Assembly (NCBI GenBank): GCA_963838085.1
Contig: CAWIPL010000015.1
Coordinates: 176,417-240,416, forward strand
Source of the DNA: an uncultured Chloroflexia bacterium
GTDB lineage: Bacteria; Chloroflexota; Chloroflexia; Chloroflexales; Roseiflexaceae
Direction: 5' to 3'
Length of the DNA: 64,000 bases
Below the pieces are notes generated by a model. That model was not told where the DNA came from. It searched no databases and saw only the letters and a list, made by a program, of their open reading frames with translations. This document shows positions 8,901 through 18,393 of the stretch, piece by piece. A program made the translations under genes and the position numbers. Within the stretch, counting starts at the first letter, position 1. Every line of letters begins with the position of its first letter.

Positions 8901-9848
8901 ATGACGCCACTAACCAATCTGCGTGAGTTGCTGCATTACGACCATGAGCAAGGCGTGCTGCGTATTCGCGATCTCGCAGGCTTGTCGGAGCAGCAATTCG
9001 TCGAGTTCCGCGACGCTGAAACAGTTGCCGCCACATTGGCCATGGGCGAGTACAGCAGCACGGTGCTGAGCTTGCTGGCAGGCTACGGGCTGGCGCTGGC
9101 CGCACGGGCATGGCAAAGACGGCAGCCAGACGCACGCCGCGCTGCCATGATTCAGACCCGCGAGCAACTCCGAAGCGCACATCCATCGATCACCGTGGAG
9201 CGCATGCTCAACGCGGCTTTGCAACGCGCCGACGCTGCGGTGTTCGCCGGGGCGGATGCCGAGCGCGCCGTGACCGAGGTGGTGGACGAGGCGCTGCGGC
9301 AGGCTGACCGCGCCGCCGAACGCTGTGGCAGGCGCGCCGCCGAATTGCTGCAGGACAATGATGTGCTGGTGACGCATGGCCCGTTCGGCCCGGCATGGTG
9401 GTGGATGATCCACGCCGCGCAACAGGAAAATAAGCAGTTGCGCATAGTGCTGGCCGATGAGCCTGCTGCGCGACAATCTGGCTCGCAGGCTCAGCAATTT
9501 GGCATTACATTGTTGTCGTTCGAACAGACCGCGCCGCGCACATGGAGCCTGTTTATGGTTGAGGCTGAGCAGGTCGCCCGCGACGGTAGCGTGTCTTCCC
9601 TACGTGGCACGCGGCAGCAGGCCGAGGTGGCGCGGCAGCACAGCCTCCCGTGCTATGTATTAGGCGCGGCTGGCCCGGACGCAGACGCCGTCACTGCTGC
9701 AGATTTGTTTGTTGCGCCTTCGCTCGAAACTCTATCTCCAGAGCTTGTCAGCGCCATCGTGACGGATCGCGGCATTTACCGTCCCGCCATGGTCACGCGC
9801 TATTTTGATGATGGTAATGCACCGCTTGACGTTATTCCGTTGACGTAG
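8901..9848 (+). CDS. eIF-2B alpha/beta/delta family protein (MtnA-like fold, divergent)
   Basis: 315-aa ORF. The C-terminal half has the family layout (…VLVTHGP…LRIVLADEPAARQSGSQAQQFGITLL…FMVEAEQVARDGSVSSLRGTRQQAEVARQHSLPCYVLG…), but the catalytic residues are not obviously conserved. Confidence 0.5.
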   Translation: MTPLTNLRELLHYDHEQGVLRIRDLAGLSEQQFVEFRDAETVAATLAMGEYSSTVLSLLAGYGLALAARAWQRRQPDARRAAMIQTREQLRSAHPSITVERMLNAALQRADAAVFAGADAERAVTEVVDEALRQADRAAERCGRRAAELLQDNDVLVTHGPFGPAWWWMIHAAQQENKQLRIVLADEPAARQSGSQAQQFGITLLSFEQTAPRTWSLFMVEAEQVARDGSVSSLRGTRQQAEVARQHSLPCYVLGAAGPDADAVTAADLFVAPSLETLSPELVSAIVTDRGIYRPAMVTRYFDDGNAPLDVIPLT

Positions 9849-9873
9849 TTTGAACGGACAAGTTGAGTAATCC

Positions 9874-9902
9874 TTGCACGCTCGGCATGCGGCTGCTACA
9901 AT
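9874..9902 (+). promoter_or_regulatory. candidate sigma70 promoter upstream of the response regulator
   Basis: TTGCAC, a 17-nt spacer, then TACAAT, about 40 nt upstream of the ATG at 9943. Confidence 0.45.
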
Positions 9903-9942
9903 ACTAATCAGCTAACGTGTGAATATTATCAGCGAGTGCGCC

Positions 9943-10623
9943 ATGCCAGAACATATTTTGATTGTCGAGGACGAAAACGAGATTGCGGGGTACCTGCGGC
10001 GTGGTTTGGCGTTTGAAGACTTCAGCGTCGAGATTGCTGCCGATGGCGTCTCGGCGCTGACATCGGCCCGCGAACGCCCGCCTGATCTCGTCATTCTTGA
10101 TCTGATGTTGCCAGGCATGGACGGCCTTGAGGTGGCGCGGCGGCTGCGCACTGTGTCGCAAGTGCCTATTATCATGCTCACCGCGCGTGAGTCTGTGCCA
10201 GATCGCGTAGCTGGTCTGGAAGCGGGCGCGGACGATTATCTGGTCAAGCCGTTTGCCTTCGAGGAGTTGCTGGCGCGCATCCGGGTGCAATTGCGCCGCC
10301 GCTCGCGCGATTCGCATTCCGCGGTGTTGCGCTACGGCCCGTTGGTCATGGATACAGCGGCACATTCGACATTTATCGGTGAGCGGCGTATCGAACTGAC
10401 GGCCAAAGAGTACGAACTGCTCGAACTCTTCATGAACCATCCCCAGCAGGTGCTTACCCGCGAAGTGATCTACGATCGCGTATGGGGGTATGATTTTGGT
10501 GGCGAAAGCAACATCATCGAGGTGTATGTGCGCTACCTGCGGCAAAAGTTGGAGGCCGCCGGTGAGCCACGGTTGATCCACACCGTGCGCGGCGTCGGCT
10601 ACATTCTTCGTTCGGATGAGTAA
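9943..10623 (+). CDS. OmpR-family response regulator (receiver + winged-helix)
   Basis: [18 protein letters not shown]…[14 protein letters not shown]…LTARE…[10 protein letters not shown], then the trans_reg_C layout ([16 protein letters not shown]…VRGVGYIL). Confidence 0.9.
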   Translation: MPEHILIVEDENEIAGYLRRGLAFEDFSVEIAADGVSALTSARERPPDLVILDLMLPGMDGLEVARRLRTVSQVPIIMLTARESVPDRVAGLEAGADDYLVKPFAFEELLARIRVQLRRRSRDSHSAVLRYGPLVMDTAAHSTFIGERRIELTAKEYELLELFMNHPQQVLTREVIYDRVWGYDFGGESNIIEVYVRYLRQKLEAAGEPRLIHTVRGVGYILRSDE

Positions 10624-10774
10624 GAAGCGGAGAATCAGGCGACATGGGATGTTGATCTGCTCAATTTTGCGCCTCGGTTCGCCGTTGTCTGCCCCTTGTT
10701 CTTTATATCAAACATTACAATTCTGTCATCTTGCCGTAATCTCCGATTCTCGGTAGAACCTGTGTGCGCGTGCT

Positions 10775-11737
10775 ATGCTCTACGTCATCGTACGGAGAGA
10801 TTACACGGCATTTATGAACGGAATAATTGAGGCTGCTCGACAGAAGCAGCGCGTACTCATCCTCATCGCTATCGTTGTCGCGTCGATCAGCATGGCTCTC
10901 TTTGTTGTCAACCAATCAATTGCCGCGCTGCTTGTACCGCTGGTTGTCGCGCTAGCGGTAGAAGTTGTCTGGCGCGATGCGCGCGCGCGCGTGCTGGCTC
11001 AGCAGATTGTGGCCGGGCAACCAAGCGAAAAGCTTGAGGTGCCGCATGGCGCATGGGGCGAACTGAGCCGCGCCATCAACGGCATGGTACAGCAGCGTCG
11101 CTTGCAGCAGCGCTTGCAATTGGCTGCGCCAGCAGGGCTGCCCGACGTGGCCGTGCAGGCAATCCTCAGCGGCGAGCTGTACGGCGCACATGAGCCGCGC
11201 GTGGTTAGTGTGCTGCTGCTCAGCGCCGGCAAGCAGCGGGCCGAAGACTGCGCCCAACGCAGCGCCGTGCAGGCATGGCAGAAGCTGGCTGCAACCGCCC
11301 ACGAGCATGCCCAACAGCATGGCGCGCTGCTTCAACCCTACGGCGATGCGCTGTTGTTAGTGTTCGGGGCGTTTTCTGATCAGGGGGCTGATGTGACGGC
11401 GCGGGCGGCGCTGAGCGTTGGCGCGGCGCTGCAATGCGCGTGGCACGCCTACACCATGGGCAGGGAAGCACCACTGACCTTCAGCATTGCGACTGGCTCG
11501 GCGTGGGTTATGATGCTGCCAAAACTTGGTTGCAGCGTGATCGGCACGCCAGTGCAGCAGGCCAGCCGCATGTTGCAGCTTTCGCATGAAGCGCACTACG
11601 ATGGGCCGCTGTGCAACGAAGAAGTATACTACGCGCTCCGCTCGCGCTCACGGGCGAACTGGCAGCCGACGCCGCTCCGCCTTCATGGGCAAAATCGCTC
11701 GCCGCAGCCAGTGTATTGCTGGCGTGAGGCGGCCTGA
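10775..11737 (+). CDS. membrane-anchored protein with degenerate class III nucleotidyl-cyclase-like domain
   Basis: N-terminal TM segments are present. The C-terminal layout is VVSVLLLSAG…GALLQPYGDALLLVFGAF…FSIATGSAWVMMLPKLGCSVIGTPVQQASRMLQLS. The first metal-binding Asp position is not conserved. An alternative start lies at 10814. Confidence 0.5.
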   Translation: MLYVIVRRDYTAFMNGIIEAARQKQRVLILIAIVVASISMALFVVNQSIAALLVPLVVALAVEVVWRDARARVLAQQIVAGQPSEKLEVPHGAWGELSRAINGMVQQRRLQQRLQLAAPAGLPDVAVQAILSGELYGAHEPRVVSVLLLSAGKQRAEDCAQRSAVQAWQKLAATAHEHAQQHGALLQPYGDALLLVFGAFSDQGADVTARAALSVGAALQCAWHAYTMGREAPLTFSIATGSAWVMMLPKLGCSVIGTPVQQASRMLQLSHEAHYDGPLCNEEVYYALRSRSRANWQPTPLRLHGQNRSPQPVYCWREAA

Positions 11738-11758
11738 ACAATTTGTCTGTATGTTGCT

Positions 11759-11796
11759 CTGGCCGATCCCATGTACGGATCGGCCAGTTGTTTGCT
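11759..11796 (+). terminator. intrinsic terminator
   Basis: Perfect 11-bp stem CTGGCCGATCC/GGATCGGCCAG with a 7-nt loop, followed by TTGTTTG, about 20 nt after the stop at 11737. Confidence 0.6.
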
Positions 11797-11899
11797 CCGC
11801 CACCTCTGCCCCATGTCTCCATATTGTGTTAGCTCCTTCGGTATCGAATGTGCTATCAACGCTGCTAATACTTGAAACAAAAGGGAATTAGCATAGTTG

Positions 11900-13468
11900 A
11901 TGGCAACCGTTGAACTTGTGATTGGACTGCTCTCCGCAGTGGCGGCGTTGGTACTGATTGCCGACCGGATTGCCGTGCCATATCCGGTACTCCTCGTTAT
12001 CGGTGGTCTCGTGCTTGGGTTCATTCCCGGGTTGCCCAGCGTCGCGATTAACCCAGACCTGATTTTCTTGCTCGTGTTGCCGCCGCTGCTGCAAAATGAG
12101 GCTTTTTTTACCTCGTTGCGCGATCTGCGCGCGAATCTGCGGCTGGTCGGCTCGCTTGCTGTTGGGCTGGTGCTTGTGACCGCTGCTGTGGTTGCTGTGG
12201 TTGTCCACGCGGTCATTCCCGGGTTGTCGTGGGCGGTGGCCTTTGTGTTCGGCGCAATTGTGTCGCCGCCCGATCCCGTGGCGTTCTCCGCTATTTCAGA
12301 TCGCATTAGCCTGCCGCAACGCTTGATTGTTGTGCTGAAAGACGAGGGCTTGATCAACGATGCCACCGCGCTGACGGCCTACCGTGTCGCAGTGGCGGCG
12401 GTGGTCGCCGGAACATTCTCGCTCTGGTCTACAGGCGCGCAGTTCGTTACGACGAGCGTGGGCGGTGTGCTAATTGGGCTGGCAATGGGATGGCTGGTGC
12501 AGCGGTTCATCAGCCATGTGGACAACACCGCCATCTCGATCACTATTGCATTGGCCGCTGCCTTCGCGACGTATCTCATTGCTGATATGGTGGGCGTATC
12601 GGGCGTGCTTGCCGTGGTCACGTCCGGTTTGTACCGTGGACGGCGCGAGTTTGTCCTGTCGGTGAACACGCGCTTGCAATCGCATGTCTTTTGGGAAGTG
12701 CTGGTCTTTTTGATTAACGGTGCGATGTTTGTGCTGATCGGCCTTCAGTTGTCGCGAGTCATGACAGGGCTGACTACGTCGTCCACGTTGCTGTGGTATG
12801 CAGTGATCGTTTCGCTTACCGTGATCGTGACGCGCTTCATCTGGGTGTTTATGGTGACGTACATACCGCACATGCTACGCCGTGGCACATCCGACGATGT
12901 GCCACCATGGCAGCAAACAACCATTATCGCGTGGGCGGGTATGCGCGGCATTATTTCGCTTGCTTCGGCACTGGGTCTGCCGCTCCTCGCCGCCAATGGA
13001 CAAGCGTTTCCTCATCGCAATCTTATTATTTTTCTGACGTTCTGCGTCATTCTTTCAACATTGGTTTTGCAAGGCTTGAGTTTGCCCCTCCTCATTCGCT
13101 GGCTTCATGTTGCCGGTGACGACGGCATGGAACGGGAAGAGGCTCAAGCACATCTTGCTGCCATTCATGCCGCCCAAACGCGCCTTGATGAACTTGCGGA
13201 TAAAGAATGGGTGCCGCAAGACTTGGTGGATCAGTTGCATACCTTCTATGACCGCCTTTCAGCTCGGTATGCAACTCAGACCAATGGCGATCATGATGAC
13301 GGCGTCATGGCCCGCGCCGAAGCAGCTACACGCCTGCGCCGCGAAGTTCTTTCTTCCAGCCGTGATGCATTGATTCAGTTGCGTGACGAAGGCGCGATTA
13401 ACGACGAGGTGTTGCGCCATGTCGAACGCGCGCTCGATCTGGAAGAGCGACAGCTCGATCTGCGATGA
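11900..13468 (+). CDS. Na+/H+ antiporter (CPA1/NhaP type)
   Basis: The ORF has about 12 TM helices, PDLIFLLVLPPLL, FGAIVSPPDPVA and a soluble C-terminal tail. The ATG at 11900 follows the TTG at 11897. Confidence 0.85.
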   Translation: MATVELVIGLLSAVAALVLIADRIAVPYPVLLVIGGLVLGFIPGLPSVAINPDLIFLLVLPPLLQNEAFFTSLRDLRANLRLVGSLAVGLVLVTAAVVAVVVHAVIPGLSWAVAFVFGAIVSPPDPVAFSAISDRISLPQRLIVVLKDEGLINDATALTAYRVAVAAVVAGTFSLWSTGAQFVTTSVGGVLIGLAMGWLVQRFISHVDNTAISITIALAAAFATYLIADMVGVSGVLAVVTSGLYRGRREFVLSVNTRLQSHVFWEVLVFLINGAMFVLIGLQLSRVMTGLTTSSTLLWYAVIVSLTVIVTRFIWVFMVTYIPHMLRRGTSDDVPPWQQTTIIAWAGMRGIISLASALGLPLLAANGQAFPHRNLIIFLTFCVILSTLVLQGLSLPLLIRWLHVAGDDGMEREEAQAHLAAIHAAQTRLDELADKEWVPQDLVDQLHTFYDRLSARYATQTNGDHDDGVMARAEAATRLRREVLSSSRDALIQLRDEGAINDEVLRHVERALDLEERQLDLR

Positions 13469-13558
13469 TGCAGGTACATGGCTTACTCCATCGCGCGCCG
13501 GCTGGCCTCACAGAATCGCTCGTCCATGATGGCGAAGCCGCGTTGACAATGTGAGAGA

Positions 13559-13595
13559 AAAAACAAACGCCAGCGCATTGCGCTGGCGTTTGTTG
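13559..13595. terminator. bidirectional hairpin terminator between convergent genes
   Basis: AACAAACGCCAGCGCA-TT-GCGCTGGCGTTTGTT forms a stem of about 15-16 bp. It is flanked by an A-run on the plus strand (a T-run for the minus-strand gene). Confidence 0.6.
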
Positions 13596-13611
13596 CGTAA
13601 GAAGAAGGGTT

Positions 13612-15242
13612 TTACGTGCGTGGGCGCAGGCCAGCATAGTAATGTGCGGCCCAGTAGCCGCCGCCGAGATTAGCGACACCAACGCCAAGACCGGGCGTGA
13701 GCGCCTGGACCACATTGCCGCCGCCGACGTAGATCCCACATGGCTGATGCCGCGCGTGTAGGTGTTGGCGAAGAAGACCAGGTCGCCAGGCTGTAGGTCA
13801 GCCGCGTTCGATACAATCGCGCCATAGGCGGTGTTGAACTGGCCGGCGGCGCTGTGCGGCATGTTCAGACCATACTGCCGGTACACATAGCGTGTGAAGC
13901 CACTGCAGTCAAATCCGCCCGGCCCTTCGCCGCCCCACGCATATGGATAGCCAACGAACTTCATGGCGAACCCGGTGGCGCTGCTGCCCGACGCCGACGG
14001 CGCTGGTGGTGGCGCTACCGCCGCTTTGGGTGCTGCGGCTTGTGGCTTCGTAGCTTGCGGTTGGGCTGCGGCTTGCGGCTTGGCCACCTGCCTTTGAGGC
14101 AAGGCCGGAATATCGCGGGTCGTGACAACACGGCGCGCAACAAAGTCGTCGACGTTGACCAACTCCATTGAGATCCAGCCAGTCGCGCCGTTCGATGCAC
14201 GCACCTTGTACCAATCGTCATAGCGTCCGAGCAGATCCAGCTGCGTGCCTGCGCCGAGCGAACCCAGCTTATCGTATGCGGTGTTCGGGCCGCCGCGCAG
14301 GTTCACGTTTGGCTGGCTAACGCTGCCGACCAGCTTGGGATTGGCATCCGGAATGCTCGTCACCGTTTCCACACGATCCAGCACGCCGGGCTGCAAATTG
14401 AGATGCTGGTCGAGTACCCATCCGATACGGCCATTGTCGGTCTGTACTTGCAGCCAGTCGCCGTAGCGCGCCAGCAGATCAAGCGTTGTACCTGCATTGA
14501 GCTTGCTCATGCCAATGAAGTTTGTGCCGGGGCCGTCACGCAGATTCAGATTATCCTCAGCGACCGTGCCAACCTTTGCAGGTGGCGGCGTGGGAATATC
14601 GGTTGCATCGGGCAGCAAATCTGCCGCAGCCTGATTCATCGCAAGAAGCTCAGCGGCGACCCAGACGATGCTGCCATCCTGCTGCTGGGCTTTGTACCAA
14701 TCATCATGGCGAGCGAGCAGTGTAAGTGGCGTGTTCTGCGCCAGCTTGGCAACCTCATCGTAGTTTGTACCCGGACCGGTACGAACCCTGCCAGCCTCCG
14801 CCACAATTGTGGCCGCGACTGGATGCACCTGAAGCTGGCGTGGGTCGAAGTGCGTTTGCGGCAGCGCGTCAATCTCCGCAAACGCTGAGTCAGGCACGGG
14901 TGCATCGGCATGCGCGTTCAGCGACAAGGGCGCGACCGGCATCATGAGGTCGTCTGGGCGGGTGTGTGCAGCGGGAATGGTGACAGGCGTCGCTGACCAT
15001 TGCTGCAACAACGGGCCGCCAACGGCGGCAAGTGGCACCAGCAACGCGACCAGCAGATGCAGCACCACGCGTGCTGGCATGTGTTTGCCGTGGTCGCGAA
15101 ACCATGTGCTATATTGGCTAGCAAAGGGTGTTTCAAGTGAAAGGGCGGCGAGGCGACTGCGGCGGTGCTGCTGGTGAAGCGTACGGGCATGGAGTGATGC
15201 CGCATCGAGCTTCGTAGCAGGATCGTGGAGACGATATGTCAC
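13612..15242 (-). pseudogene. secreted SH3b(x3)-NlpC/P60 peptidoglycan endopeptidase, frame-disrupted near 3' end
   Basis: ORF 13398..15242 carries three SH3b-like repeats, a PQAAA linker and the NlpC/P60 core (DCSGFTRYVYRQYGLNMPHSAAGQ…GDLVFFANTYTRGISHVG). The authentic end (IYVGGGNVVQALTPGLGVGVANLGGGYWAAHYYAGLRPRT*) is in another frame and stops at 13612-13614. The switch is at the CCC at about 13735-13737. A possible alternative start is at 15080 (MPARVV). Confidence 0.75.
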
Positions 15243-15768
15243 TATGTGTCCTCACTAAAGAGGAGCTACAGCTTGCCACAGACGAACAACGGACAACCGA
15301 CGCCTTCTTTCCATGTCATACGTCAACAACAAGAACATGAGTAGGCCAAAACGTCTGTGACGACCAACGCTGCAAGCTCACAGAGTAAAGTATAGAACGA
15401 TTGCCGAACATGTACAGCGCGTATGACATCTGGTAAAAAAGCGGTTACTTCTACCTTGATGAAGCGGAGCATACACGCAAACCTGAAAATTGTCAAATAT
15501 ATTTGTCAGATATTTCTCAGATTGTTCAGCAAACCGCCCGTGCTATTGTACTGGGTGACTGCTGTTTGCACAGTCACCTGAAGGTACTTACTTCCATGGC
15601 TCTCTGCTAGGACGTGTAGGAGTGACCAAAGTATCATGCGCGGCAGTTGCCATGTATCCCATGGTCGCTTGTGTGACGCGAGCAGGCGCGCAGCATGCTG
15701 CCGCCAGTGAAACATCGTATATCATGCCAGCGTCTAATAGAGCAACACATGTATATTGGAGATCAACC

Positions 15769-16245
15769 ATGGATATTTTGGGGAACTTGAATAAAACGCT
15801 CAGCCAGGGGATTGATCGGGCGCGTTTCGAGGCCGAACGTCTACAAAAGACGTTGCGACTGCAAGGCGAAATCAGCGAACTGAAGCGCCAGATTGACGCC
15901 AAACGGCAGGAGCTTGGCGATCGCGCGTTTGATCTGTACAAAGCCGGGCAAATTCAGTCGCCGACGCTTGGCACGCTGGTGCAGAGCATGGATGCGTTGC
16001 GATCGCAGATTACGCTCAAGGAAGAGGAACTGAAACACGCGCAAGCTGAGGAGTACGTGGAGCCACCCCAGCCGAGCGCCGGAGCGCAGCCGGGGCCGGC
16101 CAGCAACACATCAGCGCCTTTCCCCAACCAAGCATCCACTGCACAGGCAACTCCCTCTGACACAAAAGCGTGTCTGAACTGCCAGTTCGTAATGCCACGC
16201 AATGCGCGCTTTTGCCCGCAATGTGGCGCGCGCATGAGCGCGTAG
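15769..16245 (+). CDS. coiled-coil protein with C-terminal zinc-ribbon
   Basis: The ATG at 15769 follows a GGAGA (MDILGNLNKTLSQGIDRARFEAERLQ…). C-terminal motif CLNCQFVMPRNARFCPQCGARM. Confidence 0.6.
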   Translation: MDILGNLNKTLSQGIDRARFEAERLQKTLRLQGEISELKRQIDAKRQELGDRAFDLYKAGQIQSPTLGTLVQSMDALRSQITLKEEELKHAQAEEYVEPPQPSAGAQPGPASNTSAPFPNQASTAQATPSDTKACLNCQFVMPRNARFCPQCGARMSA

Positions 16246-16321
16246 CTGTCCGCTGCAAAGTCACAGCGGACACAGCGCATTTGCAACGCAGCTTCGCGTT
16301 CTGTGGCTTTGCGGTGAAATA

Positions 16322-16828
16322 TTAGTTTCCGAGCGCGTTCTGCTGGTCGCTGTCGTCAATCGGCTCAACATGATCTTGATCGATCAGCGCGGGCATGCGG
16401 TCGTGGCCGGTCAGTTCGCGGTATTCCGGCGTCGGCGGCACGGTCAACATGTACACCCGCTCCACGCCATCGCGCCGCACCAGATAGCCGCGGATGCCGT
16501 GCTCGATCTCGAACCAGACCCTTTTCTCGACACCTTGAAAGGCTGGAATGATCACCTCGCGCGGGCGGAGGTAGTTCCATTTGCCTGATTCCAAACTTTC
16601 CACGCGCACCCAGCCAGTCCTGGGCAGCTTCAGTCCTTCGTCGCGGTTGCCCCAGTCCAGCAGCCGTAGGTCGTCGCCCATCTGCACCGGCAGCACCGGG
16701 CGCGGTTGCCAGAATACTGACTGCACCACCCCGCGTTGCTTGGCCTCTGCAAGCTGTTCGCCCGTGAATACCTCTTGCAACGCTGGCTCCAGCCGTTCAT
16801 CATAGGTAAAACGTATGCCGCCACACAT
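16322..16828 (-). CDS. SRAP (SOS-response-associated peptidase / YedK-like) domain protein, short form
   Basis: N-terminal MCGG (Cys2), …DWGNRDEG…IIPAFQG…HDRMPALI. The order of conserved patches matches the SRAP family, but at 168 aa it is shorter than usual. Confidence 0.55.
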   Translation of the reverse strand: MCGGIRFTYDERLEPALQEVFTGEQLAEAKQRGVVQSVFWQPRPVLPVQMGDDLRLLDWGNRDEGLKLPRTGWVRVESLESGKWNYLRPREVIIPAFQGVEKRVWFEIEHGIRGYLVRRDGVERVYMLTVPPTPEYRELTGHDRMPALIDQDHVEPIDDSDQQNALGN

Positions 16829-16954
16829 CGCATGCCCCCTCTCTTGTAACCGTATGTGTATGCGTTTATTGTACCATTTACGTCAGTATAGTGACACAAA
16901 AAGGCATGCAGCGCGTGCTGCATGCCCTGGGAAGATGTTCTTGATCTGCGATGG

Positions 16955-17920
16955 TTAGTTGGTGAGCATGGCCGTGCGTGTATAGTGCTCCAGTGCCTCC
17001 TGTGGGCTTGGCATGGTTTGCACACCACTAAGCGTGACCTGCTGGCTGGTCAGTGTGACGGCCACCTCGGCGGAGATGCCGCTGATTGCGACCTGGCAGC
17101 CTAACAGCCGCAACGCCTGCACCGTGTCAAGCAGCGCCTTGGCTACCTGCGTATCTACCATAGCAACGCCAGCCACGTCCAGCACAACCAGCCGGGCGCG
17201 TTGGACATGCGTTTGCTCAAGCAGGCGCGTCATCAGCGCCTGCGCACGGCGGCTGTCAAGCTGTCCTACAATAGGTACGAACAGCACGCCATCTGCCAGC
17301 ACAACAGCGGGAACTTCCAGTGTACTGACCAGATCCAGCAGGCGGCGCTGCTCATCAAGCTGCTGCTCCTGCTGCTGATTGGCGGCGGCGAGTTGCTGCG
17401 CCTGCTCTTCAGTGTGAATCAATGCTTTTTCTGCGCGGCGTACGTTCTGTTCAACATCCTGCTGCACCGTGTTCATTGCGAGCCGCGCCACAACCATGCT
17501 GCCAACGCTGAGCGCAAAGACCGACAGCGCCCGTATGTCCGTTACGACACCCTCCCCACCTGTGCGAACCAGAAGAATGGCGATCAACGCCACAGCGCTG
17601 CCGATGATCCACACTAAATCAAGGAGTACCAACGCGAGGACAGGTGGCATAAGCGTCACAGCGAAAAGAGCCGGATTATCCAGTACGTTGTAGCCGAAAG
17701 CCACAAACAACGTAAAAAGAGCCACCGTCACATGCCGAACATAGTACCATCCGTTCCGATGCGCAAAAAAGAGTGCTGCGTAGACCAGCGAGGCCGCCCC
17801 CGCAAGCAAGGCAGTTCTTGAATCTTCTCCAAGTGTAAAGGCATAGATTGTCGTCAGCACGCCTACAACGAGCTGCAGCCCCAACATGAAAGTCACACTT
17901 TGCCGCGCGGTAATCCTCAT
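16955..17920 (-). CDS. membrane protein with C-terminal STAS domain
   Basis: Four to five TM helices, a Gln-rich coiled coil, then a STAS-like segment (VLFVPIVGQLDSRRAQALMTRLLEQTHVQRARLVVLDVAGVAMVDTQVAKALLDTVQALRLLGCQVAISGIS). Confidence 0.65.
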   Translation of the reverse strand: MRITARQSVTFMLGLQLVVGVLTTIYAFTLGEDSRTALLAGAASLVYAALFFAHRNGWYYVRHVTVALFTLFVAFGYNVLDNPALFAVTLMPPVLALVLLDLVWIIGSAVALIAILLVRTGGEGVVTDIRALSVFALSVGSMVVARLAMNTVQQDVEQNVRRAEKALIHTEEQAQQLAAANQQQEQQLDEQRRLLDLVSTLEVPAVVLADGVLFVPIVGQLDSRRAQALMTRLLEQTHVQRARLVVLDVAGVAMVDTQVAKALLDTVQALRLLGCQVAISGISAEVAVTLTSQQVTLSGVQTMPSPQEALEHYTRTAMLTN

Positions 17921-18085
17921 ACGATATCTCCCAACGAGTGCAGGAGCAGCACAAAGCTCCTTCTGTATTAGAACTATTATCGCATCTGTGTTGGTATATG
18001 AGAAGCAAGATTAAACGGCAGTATGTAAACAACTGCGTAACATCCTCGCTAAGTAAGGAACATGGTAGTAGATTGTTGCGAAAAG

Positions 18086-18137
18086 TTATCCACAAACCGT
18101 CCCATAAATTGCTTACACATTACACCAGTTATCCACA
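18086..18137 (+). promoter_or_regulatory. two perfect DnaA boxes (TTATCCACA) in direct orientation
   Basis: TTATCCACA occurs at 18086-18094 and 18129-18137, inside the 473-bp AT-rich spacer between 17920 and the dnaE start. Positions were cross-checked against ORF 17938..18195. Confidence 0.55.
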
Positions 18138-18156
18138 AGACCAAGGCGCATGGGTG

Positions 18157-18165
18157 TGCTATAAT
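18157..18165 (+). promoter_or_regulatory. extended -10 promoter element (TGcTATAAT) upstream of dnaE
   Basis: TGCTATAAT lies 20 nt downstream of the second DnaA box and about 230 nt upstream of the dnaE ATG. Confidence 0.4.
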
Positions 18166-18393
18166 GCTAGAGCAGCGCCAAAACCACTGTGTTAGTTCGT
18201 CTCCATTATGTTTATTTATTGCTTTCTGATGCATTTCCTCCGACATTTATTTGAGAAGCGCGTTACATGTGAAGCATGTAGAACTTTTTGAGGTGCTGAG
18301 GAACAGATAAAAGTGTAAAATGTTTTGGGTAATGTTCACGAGCTGTGTGCGTCCTGGTGTTTTGCTCTGTGGTTCTTCCTGGCGGGGTTTTTT

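Noticed and set aside
15081-15500. c-di-AMP (ydaO) riboswitch upstream of the NlpC/P60 gene
   Set aside because: None of the conserved ACGGGG/CCCGA-type core segments were found on the minus strand.
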